Shown: in pieces, positions 42,224 to 52,805 of the stretch
How the letters are laid out: the number at the start of each line of letters is the position of its first letter
Position numbering within the stretch: the stretch's first letter is position 1
Assembly: GCA_963725665.1 (NCBI GenBank)
Contig: CAVRZA010000003.1
Coordinates: 192,001-256,000 of the forward strand
Length of the DNA: 64,000 bases
Direction of reading: 5' to 3'
Source: an uncultured Actinomycetes bacterium
Lineage (GTDB): Bacteria; Actinomycetota; Thermoleophilia; UBA2241
Position numbers and translations under genes: made by a program
The notes under the pieces: model-generated
What the model saw: the letters and a program-made list of their open reading frames with translations, nothing else
Database searches by the model: none
What the model was told of the DNA's origin: nothing

Positions 42224-43306
42224 GTGAGCGGGAGACGACCCCTTTTCTCTGGCGGCCGACGCGGCAAGCACTGGCGCCTCTTGGCGCTGGCGCAGCAGCT
42301 CGACGCCGAGACGGTGCGCCAGGTGTTCACGCACTCCTCCTGGGTGAGCGAGCGTGGTCGCTCCTACGAGCGCCTCGAGTTCCTCGGCGACAGCGTCTTG
42401 AGCCTCGCGGTGACGACCGACCTCTACCGGCGCTTTCCGGGACACAGCGAGGGGCACCTGGCGCGGCTGCGCGCCTACGTCGTCAGCCGTGCGACGTGCG
42501 CCAAGGTCGCCAAGGAGCTCGGCCTCGACCGCCTTCTGGGCGAGGTCGGCGCCGACCACGAGGCCAGCGAGCTCGACCAGCTCATGGCCAACCAGAACGT
42601 GCTCGCCGACGTGACTGAGTCGCTGATCGGCGCGCTCTACCTCACCTTCGGTTTCGACGCCGTGCGTCCCGGGGTGGTCGAGGCGTTCGCCGAACACATC
42701 GACTACGCCGAGAAGAGCTACGTCGACTTCAAGACCGAGCTGCAGGAGCAGCTTGCCAAGCAGGGCACGTCGGTCAACTACGCCCTAGTAGGCTTCAGCG
42801 GACCGGCGCACGAGCGTCACTTCACCGTCGAGGCGGTCGTCGACGGCGAGACGCTCGGCCGAGGCGTCGGGCCCAGCAAGAAGCGCGCCGAACAGGAGGC
42901 CGCCGCTCAGGCCATGGCCGAGCTGGCCCGGCGCGCGAAGCGTCGAGGCCGGCGCGTGCGCTTGCTGGGGCCGGCGCGCAAGACGGCCGGTGCGCGAGCG
43001 GAGGCCGCCGCAGACGCGGCGGAGTGGCCGGAGGGGGCGGAGGGTTCGGAGGAGACCGAGGGAGCGGCGATCGAGCACGAGCCAGAGCCGGAGCCGGGCC
43101 GACGGGCGGAGGAGCCCGCGACGGAGTCGCAGGGCGCTGCGGCTGCCTCAGCCGACTCGGACGTCGCCGGCGGACCGCCGGGCGAGGCTGCTCCTCCAGG
43201 ACCGGCCAAGCCGGCGGTCGAACCGGGCACCGCTACGGCGCGGCGACGAGGCGGACGCGGCCGCTCTCGGCGGCGTCGGTCGAGCGGGGAGGCGACTGAG
43301 TCCTGA
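42224..43306 (+). CDS. rnc: Ribonuclease III with low-complexity C-terminal tail
   Basis: ERLEFLGDSVL, dsRBD DFKTELQE...SKKRAEQEAA. Confidence 0.94.
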   Translation: MSGRRPLFSGGRRGKHWRLLALAQQLDAETVRQVFTHSSWVSERGRSYERLEFLGDSVLSLAVTTDLYRRFPGHSEGHLARLRAYVVSRATCAKVAKELGLDRLLGEVGADHEASELDQLMANQNVLADVTESLIGALYLTFGFDAVRPGVVEAFAEHIDYAEKSYVDFKTELQEQLAKQGTSVNYALVGFSGPAHERHFTVEAVVDGETLGRGVGPSKKRAEQEAAAQAMAELARRAKRRGRRVRLLGPARKTAGARAEAAADAAEWPEGAEGSEETEGAAIEHEPEPEPGRRAEEPATESQGAAAASADSDVAGGPPGEAAPPGPAKPAVEPGTATARRRGGRGRSRRRRSSGEATES

Positions 43307-46300
43307 TGTACCTGCGCGCCGTGCGCCTCAAAGGCTTCAAGTCCTTTCCCCTGCAGACCGAGCTCGTCTTCGAGCCCGGGATCGCCGTGGTCATAGGTCC
43401 CAACGGCAGCGGCAAGAGCAACATCGCCGACGCGGTCATGTGGGTGCTCGGTGAGCAGAGCCCGACGACCGTCCGGGGCTCGTCGATGCAGGACATGATC
43501 TTCGCCGGGAGCGACGGCCGGCGAGCGAGCGGCAGCGCGGAGGTCGAGCTCACGTTCGACAACGGCGACGGCGCGCTGTCGCTGCCGACCCCCGAGGTCA
43601 GCATCGGGCGGCGCGTGCGTCGCGACGGCGAGGCGACCTACTTCATCAACCGTTCGCCGTGTCGCCTGACCGACGTCGTCGAGCTGGTGGCCGAGGTCGG
43701 CCTGGGCAAGGAGATGCACTCCATCGTCGGGCAGGGCAAGGTGGAGTCGCTGCTCGCTGCCAAGCCGGTCGACCGCCGCGCGCTGGTCGAGGAGGCCGCC
43801 GGTCTGGGACGGTACAAGCGTCGGCGCGAGCGGGCCGAGCTCAAGCTGCGCGAGGTGGCGCGCAACTTGGAACGCGCGCGCGAGACCGAACGCGAGGCGG
43901 CCACCCGCCTCGCTCCCCTGCGCCGGCAGGCGAACGCCGCCGAGCTCTCGCGCGCCCTCGAGACCGAGCTCTCGGAGATCGAGGCCCGGCTGCTTGCCGG
44001 CGAGCTCGAAGAGGTCGCCGGGCGCGCCGACGCCGAGCGCGCCGCCCTCGACGAGGCTGCGGCCGGCAGGGCCCTGGTCGACGAGCGGCTGCGCGAGACG
44101 GCGTCACAACGGCGGGCTGACGACGAGCGTTTCGCGCGCGAGCTTGAGGAACGCGAGCGCCGCCGGCAGCGCGCCGTTCGCGCTCGCTACCTTGGAGACC
44201 GCATCGAGAGCTGCGTGCGTCTGACTGCTCAGCGCGGCGCGCTCCTCGAAGAGGTCGAGCGCGCCGCGCGCGGCGAGGTCGAGCGTCTGCGGGCCGAGCT
44301 GGCGCTGACCGCCGCTCGGCCGGCAAGCGACGACGACGATGCCGACGTCGAGGCCGGTCTGGCGGCGGCGCTCGCCGCCGCCGAGAGCGCCCACGACGAC
44401 GCCGCAAGGGAGCTGGCGACCGCACGGCGGGTGCAGGCGGAGGCGCGCGGCGAGCGTGACCACCTGACCGCCGAACGCGAGAACACCGCGGCTCGAGCGC
44501 AGCGGCTGCGCGAACGCGTGCGCGAGCTCGACGAGGCGGCCGCGCTCGCGTCGGCGCAGACTGAGAGCGCGCGCGACCAGGCGGCCGGGCGCCGGGCGGC
44601 GTTCATCGCCGGCGCGGCACGGAGGAGGCGGCGCGCGCCGCCGAGACGCGGGCCGAGGCGGCGGCGCGCGCCGCCGAGACGCGCGTGTCGGCCGCCAGGT
44701 CGGCACTGAGGGACGCTGAGGAGGATCTGCACGCTCTGACCGCCGAGAGGCGCGCGCTGGAGCTAGAGCTCGAGCACCTCACCGCCGGCCTGCGCGACCT
44801 CGACGAGGTCGGTACCGCCGTGCTCGAGGTGACCGGCGCCTTCCCGGGGGCCGCGGTCCTGGCGCAGGTGGTCGGCTGCGAGCGCGGCTACGAGAAGGCG
44901 CTGGCCGCCGCTCTGGCTCAGAGTCCGGGGGCCATCGCCGTGCCGCGCTCGCTCGACGGCTGGTCGCTACTGGCGGCGCTGCGCCAGGCGGGCGTCTCGC
45001 TTGCCCGTCTCCTGGTGCCCGTGAGGCGCGAGGAGGCGGCGGCCTTCCCCGGGGCGGCGCCGCTGCTCGACAAGGTCACCGTCGACGGCGAGGAGCTGGA
45101 GGAGTTCCTCGCCGGTGTCGTCGTGGTCGACGATCTGCGCGCGGTGCCCGATGGTTTCGACGGTCTCGCGGTGACGCTCGAGGGAGCCTACTACCGACCA
45201 CGTGCCGGTGAGCTCGGGTTGGCTGCGGGCGTGCCGGCGGCGGTGGTGCTCGAGCGGCGTTCGCGTGCGAGCGAGCTCGAGGCGAGGCTGGCTGCCACGC
45301 GCGCCAGCGAGCTGCGCGAGCAGCCGGTCGTGGCGCGCCTGCGTGATGATGGCGACGCTGCCGACGAGGCGCGGCGTGAGCTCGAGGGCGCGCTCGAGAA
45401 GGCGCGCGTCGAGGGACGCCGCGTGGCCGCCCAGCGGCGCGCGCTCGAGGACGAAGTGAACGCCCTCGAGGCCGGCGTGGGGCAGGCCGAACGGGCGCGA
45501 GACGCTTCGCTGGCCGAGGCCGACGCCGCTCGCGCCGACGTCGTGGCGCTCGAGGCGCGCGATGCGGAGCTCCTTATGAGGCTCGACACGCTTGCACCCG
45601 CCGTCGCCGCGGCCGAGTCGGCCGCGGCGGCCGCCGAGGAGCGTCATGAGGTCGCGCTGTCGGCCGTCACCACGGCCCGGGTCGAGCATGATTCTTACAA
45701 GGCACGCCAAAGCCAGGCCCAAGAGGAGCGGGCGCGGGCGCTCGCTCGTCAGGCGAGCGCTCGCGCCCGCCTCGAGGAGCTCGAACGCCGTCTGCGCGGC
45801 ATCCCCGCTACGCGCGAGGCCTCGGGCGAGCTGGCCGCCGCGCTGGCCGCCGCCCGCGCCCGCGCCGCGGCGCTGGCCGAACGGCTCGAGTCGCAGGCCG
45901 GCGACCTCGACGCTCTGCCGCGGCGCGAGGAGTCGCGCCGCCTCGCCGAGCGCGAGGTCGAACTGCGACAGGAGGCGGAGGCGCTGGGCGAGCGGCGCGC
46001 GGCCGCTCAGGTGGAGCTGACGCACGTCGAGGAGCGGCGGGCCGAGCTCGCCCAGCGCCTCGACGCCATCGCCGAACGGCTCGAGCGGGCCTCGTTCGCG
46101 CCGCCGGCCGACGAGGACGAGGCGCGGGCGCTGCGCGCCCGCGCCGAACGCCTCGCGCGACGGCGCGACGGCCTCGGCCCCGTCAACCCGCTGGCCGAGG
46201 CGGAGTGCGCGGAGCTCGACGAGAGGGTGGGCTTCCTCCGCGAGCAGGTGCGCGACCTGGAGCGGTCGAGCGGCGAGCTGCAGGAGCTGATCGCCGAACT

Positions 46301-46913
46301 GACGGGCCGCATCGACGACGACTTCAGTGAGACGCTGACGGTGGTGGCGGACCAGTTCGAGAAGATGTGCGCCATCCTGTTCCCCGGCGGCCGCGGCAGG
46401 CTGCTGCTCGTCGAGGCCGAAGGCGACGAGCCCGGCGGGGTGGGCATCGAGGTCAAGCCGGCGCGCAAGCTGGGCAAGAAGCTGGGCCTGCTCTCGGGCG
46501 GCGAGCGCGCGCTGGTGGCGATCGCCTTCCTCATGGCCCTCATGCTGGCTCGCCCCAGCCCGTTCTACATCCTCGACGAGATCGAGGCGGCGCTCGACGA
46601 CATCAATATCGGGCGTTTCGTCTCGCTGCTGCGGGAATACCGCGACCGCACGCAGTTCGTCATCGTCACCCATCAGAAGCGCACCATGGAGGCGGCTGAT
46701 GTGCTCTACGGCGTGACGATGGGGCCCGACGGCGCCTCACACGTCGTGAGCGCGCGCATGGCGGAACAGGAGATCGAGGCCGAGGAGGCCGCCGGGCCCA
46801 GGGCGGCGCGAACGGCTGAGACGCAGGCTGAGCCGCCCGGCGTGGGGTCGGCGGCGGTAGCCATGGTGAGACTCGACGACGACGCCGGAGCGCCGGTGGA
46901 CGAGGTGGACTAG
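43306..46913 (+). CDS. smc: Chromosome segregation protein SMC (one frameshift near 44600-44690)
   Basis: GFKSF, GPNGSGKSN in ORF 43306-44709; LGPVN, LSGGE, LDEIEAALD in ORF 44685-46913. Confidence 0.93.
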
Positions 46914-47918
46914 GTGGAGTGGCACGAAACGTTCAAGGGCGTCTCGGCTCAGGCCGAGGCGGCGGCGGCCGTCGAGGAGGAGCGCGAGCGCGCCGGTCTC
47001 TTCAGGCGCTTCCGCGACAACCTCGGCAAGGCCCGCGCCACGCTGCGCGACCACTTCCGCACCATCCTCTTCGACAGGCTCGACGAGGAAGTCTGGGAGC
47101 AGGTCGAGGAGGCGCTCATCTTCGCCGACGTGGGCGTCGACGCGACCGTGAAGATCGTCGCGCAGCTCGAGCAGCGCGCCGCGGAGGGCGCCATCGAGTC
47201 GCGCGAGCAGCTCTTCGAGGCGCTGGCCGACGTGGTGGCGACGATGCTGCGTCCACCCGACCCCGATGACCAGCTCATCGACGTCAGCGGCGACCCCTCG
47301 GTCATCCTGATCGTGGGCGTCAACGGTACGGGCAAGACGACGACCATCGGCAAGCTCGCCTACCGGCTCCATCAACTCGGAAAGTCGCCGCTCATGGTGG
47401 CCGCCGACACCTTCCGCGCCGCGGCTGTCGAACAGTTGAGCGAGTGGGCCGACCGGGTCGGCTGCGAGATCGTCAAGCAGGCCCAGGGCAGCGACCCGGC
47501 GGCGGTCGTCTACGACGGTATCGCCGCCGCCCGTTCGCGCGACCACGACGTGGTCATCGTCGATACCGCGGGGCGTCTGCACACGCAGGTCAACCTCATG
47601 CGCGAGCTCGAGAAGGTGAGGCGGGTGGTCGAGAAGCAGGTCCCGTTGGGGCCGGTCGAGACGCTGCTCGTCATCGACGCGACGACGGGCCAGAACGGGC
47701 TGCGCCAGGCCGAGGTCTTCCGCGAGGCCGTCGATGTGACGGGGGTCGTGCTGACGAAGCTCGACGGCACGGCCAAGGGCGGCATCGTCGTGGCCATCCA
47801 CGAGACGCTGGGCATCCCCATCAAGCTGATCGGCGTGGGGGAGAAGCTCGACGAATTGCGCCCCTTCGACGCCGAGCAGTACGCGCGCGCGGTCTTCGGC
47901 GGCGACGCCGCCGATTAG
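46914..47918 (+). CDS. ftsY: SRP receptor FtsY
   Basis: GVNGTGKTTT, DTFRAAA, DTAGRL, TKLDGTAKGG. Confidence 0.97.
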   Translation: MEWHETFKGVSAQAEAAAAVEEERERAGLFRRFRDNLGKARATLRDHFRTILFDRLDEEVWEQVEEALIFADVGVDATVKIVAQLEQRAAEGAIESREQLFEALADVVATMLRPPDPDDQLIDVSGDPSVILIVGVNGTGKTTTIGKLAYRLHQLGKSPLMVAADTFRAAAVEQLSEWADRVGCEIVKQAQGSDPAAVVYDGIAAARSRDHDVVIVDTAGRLHTQVNLMRELEKVRRVVEKQVPLGPVETLLVIDATTGQNGLRQAEVFREAVDVTGVVLTKLDGTAKGGIVVAIHETLGIPIKLIGVGEKLDELRPFDAEQYARAVFGGDAAD

Positions 47919-47997
47919 AGCGCTAGAGGCGCCCGGCGGGCATACTACGATGAGTGGGTCCACCCGATGTGAACCTCCCAAGCGAGGATAGTGCGAG

Positions 47998-49323
47998 ATG
48001 TTCGAATCCTTGACCGAACGCCTACAGGGCGCCCTCGGCGAGCTGCGTGGGCACGGCAAGCTGAGCGCCCCAGACATCGACAGGGCGATGCGCGAGATCC
48101 GCCTGGCGCTGCTCGAGGCCGACGTGAACTTCAAGGTGGTGCGCGAGTTCGTCGCCCACGTGAAGGAGCGCGCCCTGGGGCAGGAGGTGATGGAGAGCCT
48201 CACGCCGGCCCAGCAGGTGGTCAAGATCGTCAACGAGGAGCTGACCGCTCTGATGGGCGCCGGCGACTCCAAGCTCGCCTTCAGCGGCCGGCCACCGACG
48301 GTGATCCTCATGGCCGGCCTGCAGGGCTCGGGCAAGACGACGGCCTGCGCCAAGCTTGCGACCTTCCTCAAGAAGGACGGCAAGCGGCCGGTGCTCGTGG
48401 CCGCCGACGTCTATCGTCCGGCGGCCATCGACCAGCTCGTCGCCCTCGCCGCGCGTGCCGACGTGCCCGTCTACGCGCCCGGTGGCGATGTGGACCCCGT
48501 CGACATCGCCAAACAGGGGGTCGAGTTCGCGCGCGAGAAGGGCGACGTGGCCATCATCGACACCGCTGGGCGACTGCACATCGACGAGGTGCTCATGGAC
48601 GAGCTGGTGCGCATCCGCAAGGAGGTCAAGCCGCACAACATCCTCCTCGTCGTCGACGCCATGACCGGCCAGGACGCCGTCAACGCCGCCGAGCAGTTCA
48701 AGCAGCGCGTCGACATCGACGGCGTGGTCCTGACCAAGCTCGACGGCGACGCGCGCGGCGGCGCCGCCCTCAGCGTGCGCGCCGTCACCGGCAAGCCGAT
48801 CAAGTTCGCCAGCACCGGGGAGAAGCTCGGCGACCTCGACTACTTCCATCCCGACCGCATGGCCTCGCGCATCTTGGGCATGGGCGACGTCCTCTCGCTC
48901 ATCGAGCGCGCGCAGGAGAACATCGACGAGACGCAGGCGGCGCAGATGGAGGAGCGCCTGCGCAAGGCCGAGTTCACCTTCGATGACTTCCTCGTGCAGA
49001 TGAAGCAGGTGCGCAAGATGGGATCCCTGTCGAGCATCATCGGCATGCTGCCCGGCATCCCTGGCATGAAGCAGCTCAAGAATGTGCAGGTCGACGACAA
49101 ACAGCTCGACCGCATCGAGGCTATGGTGCTCTCGATGACGCCTGACGAGCGCCGCCATCCGGAGATCATCGATGGCAGCCGACGCCAGCGCATCGCGCGC
49201 GGCAGCGGCCACACGGTGCAGGACGTCAACGCTCTGCTCAAGCAGTTCCGCGAGATGCAGAAGATGGTCAAGCAGCTCGCCGGCGGCAAGATGCCGAAGC
49301 TCGGCCCGGGGATGCCGTTCTAG
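47998..49323 (+). CDS. ffh: Signal recognition particle protein Ffh
   Basis: GLQGSGKTT, DTAGR, TKLDGDARGG, Met-rich M domain. Confidence 0.98.
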   Translation: MFESLTERLQGALGELRGHGKLSAPDIDRAMREIRLALLEADVNFKVVREFVAHVKERALGQEVMESLTPAQQVVKIVNEELTALMGAGDSKLAFSGRPPTVILMAGLQGSGKTTACAKLATFLKKDGKRPVLVAADVYRPAAIDQLVALAARADVPVYAPGGDVDPVDIAKQGVEFAREKGDVAIIDTAGRLHIDEVLMDELVRIRKEVKPHNILLVVDAMTGQDAVNAAEQFKQRVDIDGVVLTKLDGDARGGAALSVRAVTGKPIKFASTGEKLGDLDYFHPDRMASRILGMGDVLSLIERAQENIDETQAAQMEERLRKAEFTFDDFLVQMKQVRKMGSLSSIIGMLPGIPGMKQLKNVQVDDKQLDRIEAMVLSMTPDERRHPEIIDGSRRQRIARGSGHTVQDVNALLKQFREMQKMVKQLAGGKMPKLGPGMPF

Positions 49324-49450
49324 GGGCACGGCGCCGGGTGGCTCGGCGTTGCGGGCGCGAGGCCGAGCGCATACTATGGTACGGTTCTCCATCGGCCCGG
49401 CCGAGAACTGGTTACGACTGTTGTAGCGGATCCCTAAAGAGGTGTGGTCA

Positions 49451-49696
49451 GTGGCAGTACGCATGAGGCTGAGCAGGGTCGGCAGCACCAAGAACCCCAT
49501 CTACCGCATCGTCATCGCCGACGCGCGCGCTCCGCGCGACGGCCGTTTCATCGCGACGATCGGTCACTACAACCCGCAGGTCGACCCGTCCTCCATCGAC
49601 ATCGACAAGGCCAAAGCGAGCGAGTGGTTGAAGAAGGGCGCCCAGCCGAGCAGGACCGTGAAACGGCTGCTGGCGCGCCAGGGCATCGACACCTAG
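49451..49696 (+). CDS. rpsP: 30S ribosomal protein S16
   Basis: AVRMRLSRVG, YRIVIADARAPRDGRF, GAQPS. Confidence 0.97.
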   Translation: MAVRMRLSRVGSTKNPIYRIVIADARAPRDGRFIATIGHYNPQVDPSSIDIDKAKASEWLKKGAQPSRTVKRLLARQGIDT

Positions 49697-49726
49697 CCGG
49701 CGCAGACACGTCGAGGCGGGAGGCGG

Positions 49727-49963
49727 TTGATGTTGAAAGACCTGCTCGAATACCTGGCCAAGGCGCTCGTGGATAAGCCTGACGAGGTCCACGTCGAGGT
49801 GACGGAGACCGACACGACGATCGTGCTCGAGCTGACGGTCGCCAAGGACGACGTCGGCAAGGTCATCGGCAAGCAGGGGCGCATCGCGCGGGCGCTGCGC
49901 ACGATCATCAAGGCGAGCGCGGTGCGCGACGGCAAGCGCGCCATCGTCGAGATCGTCGACTGA
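49727..49963 (+). CDS. khpA: KH domain RNA-binding protein
   Basis: DDVGKVIGKQGRIARALR; between rpsP and rimM. Confidence 0.92.
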   Translation: MMLKDLLEYLAKALVDKPDEVHVEVTETDTTIVLELTVAKDDVGKVIGKQGRIARALRTIIKASAVRDGKRAIVEIVD

Positions 49964-49973
49964 CGCCCGAGCC

Positions 49974-50468
49974 ATGGCCGGTCTGTGGGCCTTCGCCACC
50001 GTGGGGCGAGCCCACGGCCTGCACGGTGAGATCTACCTCGACCTCCTGCCCGGCGGCCTCGACTACCTGACCAGGGGGTCGTCGTTCTCTATCGACGGGG
50101 GCGGCGGTCGGGTCACGCCCGTGCGCCTCGCGCGCACGGGCGGCACCGACCGCCGCCCTCTCGCGCGTCTCGACATCGCCGAGACGATCGACGAGGCGCG
50201 CGCCCTGCACGGCACGGTGCTCTACGCGCAGGCCGACGAGCTCGACGAAGGCGTCGATCACTTCCTGGTGAGCGAGCTCGTCGGCCTGCGCGTAGTCTCG
50301 GGCGAGACCGACCTGGGCGAGGTACGCGGGGTGCTCATGAACCCGGCTCACGACATCCTCGAGATCGGCGGCGAGGGCCGCGAGACGGTGCTCGTGCCGC
50401 TGGTGAAGGAGCTCGTCGAGGTCGACCGCGAGCGCGGCGTCGTGATCGTGAAAGAGGGTCTCCTGTGA
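49974..50468 (+). CDS. rimM: Ribosome maturation factor RimM
   Basis: GRAHGLHGE, ELVGLRV, AHDILEI, VLVPLV. Confidence 0.92.
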   Translation: MAGLWAFATVGRAHGLHGEIYLDLLPGGLDYLTRGSSFSIDGGGGRVTPVRLARTGGTDRRPLARLDIAETIDEARALHGTVLYAQADELDEGVDHFLVSELVGLRVVSGETDLGEVRGVLMNPAHDILEIGGEGRETVLVPLVKELVEVDRERGVVIVKEGLL

Positions 50469-51148
50469 AGTTCGACGTCTTCACGCTCTTCCCCGAGGCC
50501 TTCTCCTGGTTCCTGCAGCAGGTGCACGTACAGCGGGCACGCGAGCTGGGCGCCGAGTTCCGCCTCTGTAACTACCGCGACTACACGCCGCTGCGCCACG
50601 GGCAGGTCGACGACACCCCTTACGGGGGCGGCGCCGGCATGGTGTTGCGCATCGACGTCGTGGGCGCCGCTCTGGAGGCCGTCTACGGCATCGACTGCGT
50701 GCAGGTGAAGGCGGACAGGCGCGTCGTCGAGCTGACGCCCCGCGGGCGCCAGCTCGACGACGCGCTCGCCGGCGAGTTGGCCCAGGGCGACCTGTGCCTC
50801 CTCTGCGGGCGCTACGAGGGTATCGACGAGCGCGTGCGCGAGCTGGTGAACGACCGCGTGTCGATCGGGCCGTACGTTCTCTCCGGCGGAGAGATCGCCG
50901 CCGCGGCCCTCCTCGACGCGGTCGTGCGCAAGATCGAGGGCGCCGTATCCAACCCGGAGAGCGTGAGCTCCGACTCGTTCGCGCCCGGCCTGGCGGGAGC
51001 GCTGGAACACCCGCACTACACGCGGCCGGCGGAGTTCCACGGCTGGCGCGTGCCGGACGTTCTGCTCAGCGGTGACCATGCCGAGATCGAGCGCTGGCGG
51101 CGCGGCAACCTCGGCGGGCAGCCCCCAGACAAGAAGTCCGACCGCTGA
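50465..51148 (+). CDS. trmD: tRNA (guanine-N1)-methyltransferase
   Basis: DDTPYGGGAGMV, CGRYEGIDER, SIGPYVLSGGE, HYTRP. Confidence 0.97.
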   Translation: MKFDVFTLFPEAFSWFLQQVHVQRARELGAEFRLCNYRDYTPLRHGQVDDTPYGGGAGMVLRIDVVGAALEAVYGIDCVQVKADRRVVELTPRGRQLDDALAGELAQGDLCLLCGRYEGIDERVRELVNDRVSIGPYVLSGGEIAAAALLDAVVRKIEGAVSNPESVSSDSFAPGLAGALEHPHYTRPAEFHGWRVPDVLLSGDHAEIERWRRGNLGGQPPDKKSDR

Positions 51149-51329
51149 TTACGCAAGCGCGTCGCGCAGAGCACACGGTGCGGGTGGACGTTCGACGGAT
51201 CGCACCTCGACCTCGCTCGTCCGCGTTTCGTCGCCGTGGCGGTCCGCGGTCTGTGTCGAGGCGGTGCCGGTCGGGTACCTTGTGGCCCAGACGAAGCGGC
51301 GTGAGAAGCGATGAGGAGGTGAGGTCTGC

Positions 51330-51542
51330 TTGGCGTTGACCGTGTATACGAAGGTAGGCTGCACAGCGTGCGAGGCGCTAGTGAGAGACTTGAAGGCGCG
51401 AGACGTGCCGTATCGGCTGGTCGATATCGACCGCTCGCCCGGCGGCGCGCAGGAACTCTCTCACCTGACCGGAGGCAGGCCGACAGTGCCCACCGTAGTT
51501 GACGAGGACGGCGAAGTGCTGCTCGGTTTCGGCAACACCTGA
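51330..51542 (+). CDS. Glutaredoxin-like protein (possible C-terminal Sec)
   Basis: RBS GAGGAGGTGA; YTKVGCTAC, TVPTV, ends GFGNT-TGA. Confidence 0.8.
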   Translation: MALTVYTKVGCTACEALVRDLKARDVPYRLVDIDRSPGGAQELSHLTGGRPTVPTVVDEDGEVLLGFGNT

Positions 51543-51678
51543 GGAGGAGACCGTGGCCTGCGTCGGCGGCTCTGGCTGGCCGAACGCAGGCGTCGGCGCG
51601 CGTGACGCGCTGGATCAACTCACCAAGCGGTGCGCCGCGCAGCGCCAGTGCATCGCTTCGCTGCTCAGGCGCGACCCT

Positions 51679-51713
51679 AGGGGTGGGCGGCAAGGGACGA
51701 GCCGCCCACCCTC
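51679..51713. terminator. Hairpin between convergent genes
   Basis: GGGTGGGCGGC...GCCGCCCACCC inverted repeat. Confidence 0.6.
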
Positions 51714-51723
51714 TATGCGTCGG

Positions 51724-52507
51724 TCACGAAGGCTTGCTCGAATAGGTCGCCACGCGCCTCGCGTGTTCTTCTAGGCCGATCGGACAGGCGTCGTGACAGA
51801 TGAGGCACTCGTGGCTCCCACGCGGCGAGTAGTGTCCCGCCCACTTCTGCCAGGCCTTGTTGGGCTCGGCCAGCATCTCCTGCGGGACGATGCACTTCCA
51901 GAAGTCGACCTTCTTGCCGGGCTCCACGCCTTGCGATGGACCGGGGATGATGGCCCCCGTGGGGCAGGCCCTGACGCACAGCTCGCAGTCGCCACAGAGG
52001 TCCCTCGCGAACGGCTCGTCGTAGGGCAGAGCCGCGTCGGTGACCACGCAGCACCAGCGCACGCGCGGGCCAAGCAGTCGGGGTGACGCACAGGGTCTGC
52101 TTGCCGATCCACCCCAGACCGCCCATCGTGGCGGCGGCCTTCGCGTGCACGAAATGGGTGACGGCAGTCTTGTGCCCGGCGTCTCTCACGGCCTCTGCGA
52201 AGCGGTGAGCGCGGGCCTCGGTCAGCTCGTAGTAGAGATTGTAGTACTGCGATCCCGGCACGTCGTCGAAGGGGATGGCACCGTCGGGCAGCACGGACGT
52301 CACGACGGTGTTGAGCATCGTGTCCCAGATGTGCATGCCGAGCACGATGACGCTCTTCGCACCGTCGAGGAACCCGTTTGGCACCTCCAGGCAGCGATGC
52401 GGCGGAAACGGGACCGCAGCAAGCTTCTCGGCGTCGACGACGCCGAAGAACTCGAACCCATGGTCCGCTGCCTCGGCCCGCAATCGTTCCTTCAGGTCAG
52501 GCGACAC
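51724..52507 (-). CDS. QueG/reductive-dehalogenase-like 4Fe-4S dicluster protein (frameshift near 52075)
   Basis: AKSVIVLGM, KAAATMGGLGWIGK, CGDCELCVRACPTGAI, CLICHDACPIG. Confidence 0.82.
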
Positions 52508-52805
52508 GACACGACCTCACTTCCTCTACGCGCAGTGCGCTGGTCTAGAACCTGTCCACATGATGGCGGGCGCGGCGGCTTCGGTGCGGCCGCCTTCACT
52601 CCCTCGACGCGATCGTTGAGCGTCGAAACGTGCCTGCATGGCGGCATTATAGTCCGCGGTGCGCGGCCGTCTACCTCGCTCCAAGATGCGGGCCGTGGAG
52701 CGCTCCGAGTCCAGGGGCCACGCACACCGTCCTCTGGCAGGGCGCAGCCCGACTCGCTAGACTCCCGCTGCCGCGGTAGGGCCCTCTGCCACCGTGAAGG
52801 TCGCA

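Noticed and set aside
44625-44684. Direct repeat GGCGGCGCGCGCCGCCGAGACGCG in smc as a recoding signal
   Set aside because: It encodes coiled-coil AARAAETR repeats in the repaired frame; the frameshift is best explained as a GC-rich sequencing error.
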